Assembly (NCBI RefSeq): GCF_001194135.2
Contig: NC_068990.1
Coordinates: forward strand, 4,112,187 to 4,151,278
DNA length: 39,092 nucleotides
Direction of reading: 5' to 3'
DNA from: Octopus bimaculoides
Lineage: Eukaryota
Part shown: one piece after another, positions 24,274 through 36,122 of the stretch
Layout of the letters: each line of letters opens with the position of its first letter
Numbering within the stretch: position 1 is the stretch's first letter
The notes under the pieces: generated by a model
Seen by the model: the letters and a program-made list of their open reading frames with translations, nothing else
The model's database searches: none
What the model was told of the DNA's origin: nothing
Position numbers and translations under genes: made by a program

Positions 24274-24434
24274 TGCAGCGTTTAAACTGTTAATTTTATT
24301 CCGCATCCTCATGCAATAATAGAGTCCAAACCGTATTGCAAAGCCTTCGCTGCCACAGGGATAGCGGTCATTGATACAAGTGTAGTAAGTACAGTCACCT
24401 GTTGCACTTTTTAACAGACATTTGCTGTCGATAC
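24274..24434 (-). CDS. STC: Stanniocalcin-like gene, coding exon 2 (161 nt; phase 1 in, phase 0 out): (G)IDSKCLLKSATGDCTYYTCINDRYPCGSEGFAIRFGLYYCMRMRNKINSLNAA
   Basis: Minus-strand acceptor tttgttttag|GT and donor GCA|gtcagt. Open frame with 5 Cys spaced 8,4,6,13. The phase-0 end joins the next exon in frame. Confidence 0.88.
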
Positions 24435-26964
24435 CTAAAACAAAATAAACAAATTGAGAAGTCAGTTTTATAATCACTGATTTTTGACACAGGCACAAGA
24501 CAAAAAAGAAAAAATATTGGGAGGAGGGTACAGTTAATCCTTTGACTGTAATTAAATTTTGTGATCAATCCTGTAAGAATGTTAATTATCCACCAAAAAA
24601 ATAGAACTGATATTTTCTGCTACTGCAATACTCTTTCAGTGTTTCCTGTAGGTATGGTCTGAATTACTACCACTAAAAGTATTTGATTCTTGCTCTGTAA
24701 AGAGATATTTGATGAAATATGTGAAAAAATGTAAGAAAATCTGAAAAATTGTATTCTGCAAGAAGTGTACCTAAGAATGTGCTCAAAACTGTAGAGCAAA
24801 ACTGCTTTCCACAGTTAACAGTAATAATATTTTTGAGTGGATTTGAAATGCCAAGCTGGCAAAATGATTAGAATGCCAGACAAAATGCTAAGCAGCTCTG
24901 AGTTCAAATTCCTTCCAGGGTTGATATAATGAGTACCAGTTGAGCACTGGGGTCAATGAGTGCAACAATGCTATCCATGCAGTTAGCATCAGCTGCACCA
25001 ATACCTTTCAAATTATAAACTCATTCACAATAAACATCTTTCATCATCATCGTCATCATTTAATGCGTCTTTCATGGTTTAGGTTGGATGGTTTGAGAGG
25101 AGCCAGCCAGGTAGAAGACTACACCAGGCTACTGTTTTTGCATGATTTTATGGCTGGATACCCTTCCTAACACCAGCCACTCCAAAAAGCGGACTCAGTG
25201 CTTTTTATGTGGCACCAGCATAAACGAGGCCAGTTTTGGCATGGTTTTTTACAGTTGGATGCCCTTCTAAATGCCAACTATCTTACAGTGTGGACTGGAT
25301 GCTTTTTATGTGGCACCAGCACTGGTAGGGTCACCAAGTAACTTGCAAGACAAGGAATTTTGAGAGGGGATGGGGCATTAAAGGAGGTGATCTATACCTG
25401 TCTTGTTACTTAATTTCAATTTGGACATCATTATGTACTGAGATATATTAATAAACCAAAACGTTGGTAAGTTGAAGGAGATTGTTGAAGACCTATTCGA
25501 GGAGTGCAAAACCACAAACCGTCTTTGACAGTGAACAGTAGTAGCATCTGTTACATTTCCATCTACATGTTAGGCATATATATTCGGTGAAGTGGGTTGA
25601 TGACAGTACAAGCACTTGATGTCATTTCAAATAAGAGTGTTTCTCTCACATGGCTTACTGCTGCAAAATTTGAAAACTTTGAATGAAGCTATAAGATGTA
25701 TATTTTTGAAAATTTTAAATTATCTCTGCAATACCCTGTACCTAGAAAATTATAACAAGAGAACAGCTTTTTCTAGTGTTGCTATGCATTGTTACTTCAG
25801 TCTAATTCACCCCAGAAAGCTCACATAATTCTATTATTTACAAAAATTCTTTTAGTCTTAAAGCAAAATTTTGATAACTTACTATTGATATTCTTTAATG
25901 TAGTTTTATTACACCCAGTTTCAAATTGTAAACGTTTTCTTTTTAGATTTTCTTTTGTATTCAATATTTCAGATATCATTTCATCAATGTTTTCTCTTTC
26001 CAGTCTTACATTTACATACCAGATATCATCTTTTAAAGTCTTTCTTTGAACGTAGATCAATTGATATCAGTTTTCTTGAAGCGCTCATGGAGTACAGCTA
26101 CCTCATATACATAGTTATTGTTTTATAATTTATCCATCATCTTGCATAAGAGATCGACTGTCAGAAGAAACAGTAAATAAACGGAAATGTTCAAATTGAA
26201 ATTTTTCAAAACTGCAGCGAAGACATAATTGTGTTGCAGAAAAGTATTTCAGAGAAAGTTGTTAAGGGCTGCAGAAAGATAACAGATCAACTTCAGATAA
26301 CGTCAAAACATAAGTGTGCCAACAGCTAAACCTAGCCAGTGACCAGAAATACTGGAAACTCATCAAACTAGAAAATTTGTCACTTGTGAAACCATCCAAA
26401 ATTATCAATGGAAGAAATCAAAGAAAGCTAGAATTTTAGATTTTAAGGCAAGTGCTGGAGATTCTTCATATTATGATCATAAACTAAATAGACTGAAATA
26501 CAAATGGAAATCGGAACAGAATACAATAGTAATATGAACAATATAAATGTTTCTTAACAAACAAACAATCATACTTCAAATATGAAGTATATTTAATGTT
26601 TTTTTTTTTGTTTTTGTTTTTCCATGCTAGCATGGGTTTCAGTAATATATTATTGTGGCAATGTTTTAGAGCTGGTTGAATATTTCTTCTACATCATCTG
26701 GTTACTCCAGCCTCACGGCAATGGGCCACAGTCTGTACTACATTGACTTGTATGCCAGCAAATACAGCATGCAGAGTTTCTTTTATGACTGTATACAAGC
26801 TAGTTGATGATGTACTGTTTAAACATTGATAATATTGCTTGATCCAGTAATACTATACTGGATCAAACAATAAATTATCATTAAATAAGATTAAAATGTC
26901 TACAGGTATCTGATTTGATTTAACACATATTTATGTGCTTACAAAACTGAGTAATGACCATGTA

Positions 26965-27175
26965 CAATGGAGTGCTGAAAAGTCTCTGGCTTTAAGGGTA
27001 TCATGAGAAAGGTCTGGTTGGAGGACCAACCTTCCCAGTTCTTTTACAAAACTTAGAAAAACTGAAGGACCAGTGCAATGAGTGTGTGAATCTGAGATGT
27101 TGTATAAAATCCTAATCAACTGATCCTCCTGTATTTTCGTTTACCCAAAGCCAGGAACTTTTCAGCACACCCTCA
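26965..27175. mobile_element. Tc1/mariner-type MITE
   Basis: ~28-bp imperfect TIRs (gtgctgaaaagtctctggcttt and aaagccaggaacttttcagcac) flanked by TA at 26963-64 and 27176-77. Confidence 0.8.
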
Positions 27176-27559
27176 TAAGTCATTTATTGTTTAATGTACA
27201 AATATATACTCTCTATAATATACAGAAAGGTCTTTTCTTGTGATATGTTTCAGGTTCTGTGTCACTCTACAGCACTTTGGGCCTGTGTCATCTATAACAA
27301 TAGCCTAGGTTAACTTGAGAGTGAATTCGGTAGAAAGGATCTTTAGGAAGCTTGTCATGAGTGTGTGTCTCCAGCATCAGTAATGCTTCACCCACTGGGC
27401 TCATAATGCTTATATTTACAATGCCCCAAACACTTTCATATGCAATACTTCCTTGCTGCCCCACCCCCTACCCAGTAGAGGTAACAACCTTAATAACTTT
27501 AACATGTTTGAATGATAGTTGGTTAAAAGCAAGAACAACTATTATGATGCCTGTTACCA

Positions 27560-28470
27560 AAAGTTCATGGGAATACTGAATAACATCTCTCCTTCCTGTG
27601 TTACCTCCCATATCTCTTTCCCAGTTTTCAGAGTTGGCATTTCTAAATGTAGGCATATTGAAAAGTAGGTCTAGTGAGATTGTAGAGATACTTGAACAGA
27701 GATGTACTGATGTATGTTGTGTACAAGAGGTAAGATGGAGAGGAGCTTCAGCCAGAGTCCTCACAGGCAAAGCATATAGGTATAAACTATGGTCATGTGT
27801 TATGCATGAATGAAGAGAACTATGTGAGGAAGTGCCACTCCCTAACTGTAGAAGGAACGTGTGGAAGAGGTAGACCTAGGAAGACATGGGATGAGATGAT
27901 GAAGCATGACCTACAAACATTGGGCCTCACAGAGGCAATGATGGGAGACCAGGACCTTTGGAGATATGCTGTGATTGGGAAGACTCGGCAACTAAGTGAG
28001 ATCACAGCTACGCATGTCAGGCCCTGTTAAGAATACCCCTGATGTGTCGGGCGATATGATATGCTTGAGAAGACCTGTTGAATCAAGTAAAACCAACATC
28101 GTAGCTGTGGCCAGTGACCCCTGATTGGCTCCCATGCTGGTGGCACATAAAAACCACCAACTGATCGTGGCTGATGCCAGTACTCTCCGACTGGCTCTTG
28201 TGCTGGTGGCACATAAAAAGCACCATCCGAACATGATCAATGCCAGGCTCGCCTGCTTGGCGACCATGCCAGTGGCACATAAAACACACCCACTACACTC
28301 TTGGAGTGGTTGGCGTGAGGAAGGGCATCCAGCTGTAGAAACATTGCCAGATCAGATTGGAGCCTGGTGCAGCCACTGGCTCTCCAGACCTCAGTCAAAC
28401 CGTCCAACCCATGCCAGCATGGAAAACAGACGTTAAACGATGAAGATGATGATGATGATGATGATGATGA
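27560..28470 (+). mobile_element. Internally deleted RTE-clade LINE: AP endonuclease N-terminus fused to ORF C-terminus, 3'UTR and (GAT)n tail
   Basis: LNVGILKSRSSEIVEILEQRCTDVCCVQEVRWRGASAR..YKL abuts YGHVLCMNEE..VEGTCGRGRPRKTWDE..DLWR at ~27787-27790. The 3'UTR follows and ends in (GAT)n at ~28440-28470. Confidence 0.85.
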
Positions 28471-30217
28471 GAACATTATATGAGAAAGAAAGAGAGAGAG
28501 TTAGACACACACATACACTAAATATACATGTTTGTAGACAGATATATATATGCTGATATAGACAAATACATATACAGACAAGTGAGACAGGGTAGCAGAA
28601 ATAATAGATTGAAGGACTAAATGATTGATACAGAGATCAAAAGATGGTTGGTGAAACTAAATATCAGTTATGTGCATGGGTGAATTCAACTGACTACTTG
28701 CCATTATAACTTGATAGAATACCTGAACACGATATTTTTGAATGTAGAAAAATGAACATTTAAATACATCAAAACGTCTACCACTTTTCTTTAATCTATT
28801 AATTTCATGATTATTACAAAGAAAATTGAACTTGAAATAAATTGTTTTTTTTTCTTCATTTTTGCTGTGATGGTTGAAAATATGAAGAAAAACAATGCAA
28901 GTGAGAGATGTCATGCCATTTAGCCCAACTTCTCACAGTTCATGTCAGTTAAATCTTCTCCTGACATGACTTGGTTTTTAACATGCTATTGCTAGCAATT
29001 TCAATTCAAAGACAGAAAATAGCTTACAACAACACCATTATCTCTCTCTCTTTCAAAACAAAATGAAATATATATACATGTGTATGTGCGTGTATATATA
29101 TATATATATTTATATATATAAAATCTTCAACTTTTAATGTCTGTTGTCCATGCTGGCATGGTTTGGACAGTTTGACGAAGGCTGGCAAGCTGAAATTATA
29201 TATATATANNNNNNNNNNNNNNNNNNNNNNNNNNNNNNNNNNNNNNNNNNNNNNNNNNNNNNNNNNNNNNNNNNNNNNNNNNNNNNNNNNNNNNNNNNNN
29301 NNNNNNNNNNNNNNNNNNNNNNNNNNNNNNNNNNNNNNNNNNNNNNNNNNNNNNNNNNNNNNNNNNNNTATATATTAGACTAGTAAAGTTGTGTGCTAAG
29401 AAGCCTTCTTCCCAACCACAAGTTCCAGGTACAGTCCCATATTGTGACGCCTAGGGCAAGATTTTCTCTACTATAGTCCAAGACTAACCAAAGCCTTGTG
29501 AGTAGGTTTGATAGAAAGAAGCCCATTGTATGCATGTATGTGTGTGTGCTTGTGCACATGCATTTGTTTGTCCCCCCACCATCACCTCCATTTGATAAAT
29601 GGTGTTTGTTTGTTTATGTCCCCATAACTAGCAATTCAGCAAAAGGGACCAACAGAATAAGTATCAGTTTTATAAAAAAAAAACAATAAGTATTGCGGGG
29701 GTCAATTTGTACAACTAAACCCTTCAAGGTGGTGCTCCAGCATGGTCACAGTTCAATGACTGAAACAAATGAAAGATGAAATTGTAAAAAATTTCATTAA
29801 AAAAAAATATTAATTTTTCTGAAAGTTATGAAGAAACAAAGTCAGTAGTGGGGCACACTCATGTAAGTATGCCCCGGATTCATATATCTCACCACCCCTA
29901 GATTCTAGGCTCCACCTCCTCCTTTCCAAAAATTAAAAAGAAAAAAACTTAAATGAATTTTGTTAAATTTTTTCCCATCAACTAAAACAATCTTTGCTCC
30001 TCTGAATAAGGAAGCTGTACACTACCATGCATTCAAGTCCATAAAATGCAGCACCCTCTCTTTCTTTAAGTATCCGTGATGTGTCTCACCACCAAAACTG
30101 TTATTAAGCACCTTTTTAATCTTCACTCATCAGAAATGTTATACTACACCCATTAACTACACACATTTTCTCTCCAGACTCCAACTGACACGTGTTCAAG
30201 TTGAACATCCATCTTAC

Positions 30218-32074
30218 CAATCTTAGAGGGTCTTGCGAAGGTTTCTTTTATTCAAAACTAGCAGTATAACCCGACCTTGTCCGGGTGTGACTTATTACGC
30301 CATCTACGATAAGTCTTGCTAGCTGAAAATCAACTAAAAAAGAAAACCTTACAACGAAAAAACCCTTATGATGTAAATATGTTCATAATTCAAAAGACGA
30401 TGAAATTAACAGGGAAAGTCTGAAGGCTGTTTTGCGTAAAATTATTAAGCGTACGTAAATTTCATCCGTCTAATTGGCTATAGAAATGCTTGTGCAAAAC
30501 AACTTTCTGCGCTGCCCTGATTATACATAGCAGGGTAATCCCTTTTCGCAGGAGCTAGGACGGCAATTTGTGATGGAGCAATTGCTGGCGATCTGTTGCT
30601 ACACAGTTTTGCCAGAATTCTATCAGATTGGGCAGATGNNNNNNNNNNNNNNNNNNNNNNNNNNNNNNNNNNNNNNNNNNNNNNNNNNNNNNNNNNNNNN
30701 NNNNNNNNNNNNNNNNNNNNNNNNNNNNNNNNNNNNNNNNNNNNNNNNNNNNNNNNNNNNNNNNNNNNNNNNNNNNNNNNNNNNNNNNNNNNNNNNNNNN
30801 NNNNNNNNNNNNNNNNNNNNNNNNNNNNNNNNNNNNNNNNNNNNNNNNNNNNNNNNNNNNNNNNNNNNNNNNNNNNNNNNNNNNNNNNNNNNNNNNNNNN
30901 NNNNNNNNNNNNNNNNNNNNNNNNNNNNNNNNNNNNNNNNNNNNNNNNNNNNNNNNNNNNNNNNNNNNNNNNNNNNNNNNNNNNNNNNNNNNNNNNNNNN
31001 NNNNNNNNNNNNNNNNNNNNNNNNNNNNNNNNNNNNNNNNNNNNNNNNNNNNNNNNNNNNNNNNNNNNNNNNNNNNNNNNNNNNNNNNNNNNNNNNNNNN
31101 NNNNNNNNNNNNNNNNNNNNNNNNNNNNNNNNNNNNNNNNNNNNNNNNNNNNNNNNNNNNNNNNNNNNNNNNNNNNNNNNNNNNNNNNNNNNNNNNNNNN
31201 NNNNATAACCTGCATTTGTTTCCTTCAAAATTCCTACATGCTTGAAATGTACATACATCAAGGTATATTTGTAGAAAATTTCACGAAAAAATATTCATTT
31301 TCCTGGAAGTTAAGAGGAATTTAAGTGGATTTTTCGAAAATTGCCCCCCACCCCCTCCCAAAACACTTCCACCGAAAATGTTTGTATATTCGAAATCTAC
31401 ATAATAAATAATATATGCATAGAAAATTTCATTAAAAAATATTCATTTTTCTGAAAGTTATGACCTTCCAAAGTCGGTGGGTACAACTCTGNNNNNNNNN
31501 NTATTCATTTTTCTGAAAGTTATGACCTTCCAAAGTCGGTGGGTACAACTCTGTAGTTATGCCACATTGACGAACGTGAATGATTGTGTTTACTTCCACG
31601 TGTATGCGTTTGAGAGAGGAAGAGAGGAAGAGGGGGAAATAGAGAACGGGAGCAATGTGTATGTTGTTGTCACAGATTACGTATGTGTAGTTGTGTATGT
31701 TTTTACGTATCAATGTTATGAAAAATAGGTAAAGAATACTGAGAAGAAAGTTTAATCTGACGTTGTATGTATCACTTTCTCTCTCTGTTGAGCGCGTGTG
31801 TAAGAACGCCGTTACAGGTAGAAGGGAAGAAATATAAAAGTTGCTAGAAACAACAGCCAAATATCCCTTAAATCACACAAAGTAAACGGAATTTTAAAAA
31901 TCTAATTACTGCACTGGAAAGTTCACATCGAGAAAATTCCATTGATGGAAAAATTTTTACGAAAAAGTGGAAAATGTGGATTTCTATAAACTTTTAAAAA
32001 GGCTTCACACAGACACACAACTTCAGCTTTATATATTAAGATAAACAACAGTACAATGGTTGGCATTCTTTCAT
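30218..32074 (-). pseudogene. Candidate signal-peptide exon 1 of the STC-like gene, interrupted by a Helitron and a stop or frameshift
   Basis: Strong phase-1 donor ATTG|gtaaga, with the exon ending at 30218. Removing 30258-32041 joins ATG(32074) in frame as MKECQPLYCCLF*IKETFARPSKI(G). Alternatively ATG(32066) with a 1-nt deletion gives MPTIVLLFILIKETFARPSKI(G). This is inference only. Confidence 0.4.
30258..32041 (-). mobile_element. Non-autonomous Helitron (spans the N-gap 30639-31204)
   Basis: On the minus strand: 5' end TCTTAATATATAAAGCTGAAG at 32041, 3' end CTAG at 30261-30258, GC hairpin cccggacaaggtcggg (30270-30285) 8 nt before CTAG, and insertion between host A and T with no TSD. 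These are canonical Helitron hallmarks. That both ends belong to one element is assumed across the gap. Confidence 0.8.
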
Positions 32075-33677
32075 TTTATGATCCCGAAATAAAAGTGGAA
32101 AATTATTGCAACCAATTCTCATTAAGAAAGCAGAAATTAAAAAAAATATTTTTAGAATCGTAATCTCCATACTTTTAAACATGAAATTACCCTGCACTTA
32201 ACAAAAAAAAAAAAAAGATACAAAAAAACAAACAAACAAAAATAGTGGTAGGATCTTTCCGGTTTTGTTCAAATTTCAGCTCTGACGTAGTTTTGTTTGC
32301 TAATAGTGATAATCGCATTAATTTTTGACAAATTGATCATAAAATAGTTAAGCCTTCATTATCGACATACCGGAAGTCACAATTTCAATATGTTGATAAA
32401 ATGAAAACGCTACGAAACTTTGAAAGCTTTTATTTTATATATTTATTTTTTGATAAATAGAATTTAAGGAAAGAAATTAAAGATGTTTCGAAACCCCTTT
32501 ATAGATGAAACAATTTAATGTTATATAACTTTAAATATGAAAGGAAAAAATTTAATTGGAAGTTCCAAATTAATAAAAAGAAAAGCAAGTCAATGACAAC
32601 GAAATTATGCAATGCATTCAAATAGTGTTTGCAAGTGGTCTCTGATGTTGAAACCATAGAAATCTGAAGAAATTTTGGTAAATTTTGATACTTTCACCTG
32701 CACGATTTTCACAAAATAAAAAGAAAAAAAAAAGAAAAAAATTCGGATTTTTTGCATGGAATCAAGTACGCTGATCTTCTAATATGCTGCAAACCTCCTT
32801 ATTTTTGTTCGGAAANNNNNNNNNNNNNNNNNNNNNNNNNNNNNNNNNNNNNNNNNNNNNNNNNNNNNNNNNNNNNNNNNNNNNNNNNNNNNNNNNNNNN
32901 NNNNNNNNNNNNNNNNNNNNNNNNNNNNNNNNNNNNNNNNNNNNNNNNNNNNNNNNNNNNNNNNNNNNNNNNNNNNNNNNNNNNNNNNNNNNNNNNNNNN
33001 NNNNNNNNNNNNNNNNNNNNNNNNNNNNNNNNNNNNNNNNNNNNNNNNNNNNNNNNNNNNNNNNNNNNNNNNNNNNNNNNNNNNNNNNNNNNNNNNNNNN
33101 NNNNNNNNNNNNNNNNNNNNNNNNNNNNNNNNNNNNNNNNNNNNNNNNNNNNNNNNNNNNNNNNNNNNNNNNNNNNNNNNNNNNNNNNNNNNNNNNNNNN
33201 NNNNNNNNNNNNNNNNNNNNNNNNNNNNNNNNNNNNNNNNNNNNNNNNNNNNNNNNNNNNNNNNNNNNNNNNNNNNNNNNNNNNNNNNNNNNNNNNNNNN
33301 NNNNNNNNNNNNNNNNNNNNNNNNNNNNNNNNNNNNNNNNNNNNNNNNNNNNNNNNNNNNNNNNNNNNNNNNNNNNNNNNNNNNNNNNNNNNNNNNNNNN
33401 NNNNNNNNNNNNNNNNNNNNNNNNNNNNNNNNNNNNNNNNNNNNNNNNNNNNNNNNNNNNNNNNNNNNNNNNNNNNNNNNNNNNNNNNNNNNNNNNNNNN
33501 NNNNNNNNNNNNNNNNNNNNNNNNNNNNNNNNNNNNNNNNNNNNNNNNNNNNNNNNNNNNNNNNNNNNNNNNNNNNNNNNNNNNNNNNNNNNNNNNNNNN
33601 NNNNNNNNNNNNNNNNNNNNNNNNNNNNNNNNNNNNNNNNNNNNNNNNNNNNNNNNNNNNNNNNNNNNNNNNNNNNN

Positions 33678-33730
<53 letters not shown>

Positions 33731-34164
33731 AACCATTTCCTTTCTTATAAAGAATGGAGCTTCGTGATATGGCTGTTCCAAAACTCCATCATATTATTTG
33801 TAAGACATTTGACAAACTGTGGAACAAAATTGAAATGTAAGACACACGTTATATGTAACCGTGTGAAATATAGCGTCTAAGTGGGAGTCAGGTATAAAGG
33901 AAGATGCACTCATGTGAAGTATATTTGGAAATATAATTAATTGCTGAAATTATACTTTATAATTTTGGCACAGGTCAGCAATTTTGGGAAGTGGGTAGTG
34001 GATTAAATTGATTCCAGTGTTCAAACGTACTTATTTTATCGATTCCGTGAAGATGAAAGGCAAAGTCTACTACTGCGTGATTTGAACTCAGAACGTAAAG
34101 AACTAGTAGAAAGACTGCTGCGACTGGAATCCAGGTAAAAAAGTCACATATTATGCCATCATAT

Positions 34165-34345
34165 ATAAATGCTTAGCAGTATTTCGTCTGTCTACGTTCT
34201 GAGTTCAAATTCCGCTGAGGTCGGCTTTGCCTTTCATCCTTTTGGGGTCGATAAATTAAGTACCAGTTGCGTACTAGGGTCGATCTAATCGACTGATCCC
34301 CCCTCCCCCAAAATTTCGGGTCTTCTGCTTAGAGTAGAAAAGAAT
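34165..34345 (+). mobile_element. SINE family B; other copies 2858-3050(+), 8040-8255(+), 10245-10420(-), 10495-10605(-), 19985-20180(-), 21570-21712(+), 24845-24960(+), 33960-34100(-)
   Basis: Recurrent AAATGCTTAG..TTCTGAGTTCAAATTCC..GTCGACTTTGCCTTTCATCCTTTCGGGGTCGATAAATTAAGTACCAGT. Confidence 0.8.
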
Positions 34346-36122
34346 ATTTGACACTGCTGGACATAAAGCACCTGTTTTTCAGCGTTGAACGATATTTGGT
34401 TTTAATAAGGGTTAAAGCTGAAAAAGTCGTTTCACATTGGTATGTGGTGCTAAATGACAAAAGAACACATAATGCCATTTCAGAAATAACATAAACTGAA
34501 ATTCAAGTGTTTGAATTTAATTTTCGCGACCCATAGTTTAAGAAGCGCTGGCTTAAATAATGATTTTGATGTAAGTGACGGGCTTCTATAACGTTTCTAA
34601 CAAATTTCACGCCTTCCTTAGCTACAAATTCTTTACTTTTGTTAAATTAATTTCACAAATCTTTTGCACAGGAAAACTTCATTATAGACTGCTGGAAGCA
34701 TACACCTTCTTTTAAGGTGTGTTTTTTTCTAAGACATTTCGGTTGCTAGCAGAAACTATTTCACTTAATTTACATCTGTGATATTCATGTGAATGGCTTT
34801 AATGTTACAACATCCCATTACCAAAATTCCTTAAAAAATACGATTACCATGTACTTTGAAAGAAAATAACCAATACTTTATTTGTTGCTTAATCTCAGGT
34901 CAGCCTTGATCAAACAGATCAATGATCAAAAGGTGTCTAGCTGTAACCATACATTCTTTTCATAAACTAGAGAGTAGCATTATCGAATATGTCCTTCTCT
35001 TTTACCAAAGACAGCAAAGTGTGCGATTCGAAGAATTTCTTACTACTATTTCTGGCACAATGAGCGCTAGCTTAGAGACTGCTTCCGTATTATCCTATAT
35101 TGGTAAACAAACTGGTTTTTACTGGTAAACAAAATCAAAGTCTCATTGAAGTTATGGCGTGTGTCACGACCAAGAAAGTTTACAATAGTGTCGTGATTTT
35201 AAGGAAACAATTACAAAGAAAAAAATTGTAATCATAAATGGTCTGTAATTTTCTTCGTTTGTTGACTAATTTATGATTGATGTTTTATCATGTTTTGAAA
35301 TTATTCTACCAAATATACATTTAACTCACCACAGCCACCATACCATACAATTTTCTAATTAAACGTACATTACGCATTTTAAAGTTCACAAATTTAGATA
35401 TGTTTTTAGCGACATTTTATGCAAAGAAGGAAATTTTAGGTCACCGTTTTTTATTAGCTACTGAGGGGACAATATTCTGGCAACAAAGCTCCAAAACTTG
35501 TTTGTGCAGATGCAGATTAGCAATTAATCCATTGACTGAGTAATTAAATTTCATGGTCATTCACGTAAAAAAAAAAAAAATAGAACTGATCCTATCGGTA
35601 CAATTTTCGTATCCGCCACTAAAAGTATTTGGTTCTTGCGCTGAGAAGAAATATTTGACAAGTATATAAAAGATAAAATCGAGAAAATCTGGNNNNNNNN
35701 NNNNNNNNNNNNNNNNNNNNNNNNNNNNNNNNNNNNNNNNNNNNNNNNNNNNNNNNNNNNNNNNNNNNNNNNNNNNNNNNNNNNNNNNNNNNNNNNNNNN
35801 NNNNNNNNNNNNNNNNNNNNNNNNNNNNNNNNNNNNNNNNNNNNNNNNNNNNNNNNNNNNNNNNNNNNNNNNNNNNNNNNNNNNNNNNNNNNNNNNNNNN
35901 NNNNNNNNNNNNNNNNNNNNNNNNNNNNNNNNNNNNNNNNNNNNNNNNNNNNNNNNNNNNNNNNNNNNNNNNNNNNNNNNNNNNNNNNNNNNNNNNNNNN
36001 NNNNNNNNNNNNNNNNNNNNNNNNNNNNNNNNNNNNNNNNNNNNNNNNNNNNNNNNNNNNNNNNNNNNNNNNNNNNNNNNNNNNNNNNNNNNNNNNNNNN
36101 NNNNNNNNNNNNNNNNNNNNNN

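Noticed and set aside
25790-26560. Possible decayed retroelement coding sequence (lysine-rich ORF 25821-26060; KGCRK..DQLQI at ~26265)
   Set aside because: Too degenerate to assign by eye; no diagnostic motif could be confirmed.
28657-29040. Alternative exon-1 candidates (ORF 28657-28914; donor GTT|gtaagc at ~29027; also donors at ~25658 and ~38148)
   Set aside because: No ATG-started, stop-free, phase-1 hydrophobic frame leads to these donors.
31440-31552. 52-bp direct duplication either side of a 10-N gap
   Set aside because: Typical unmerged contig-overlap artefact.
30478-33781. Long ORFs of 200-339 aa
   Set aside because: Composed almost entirely of N-gap X residues.
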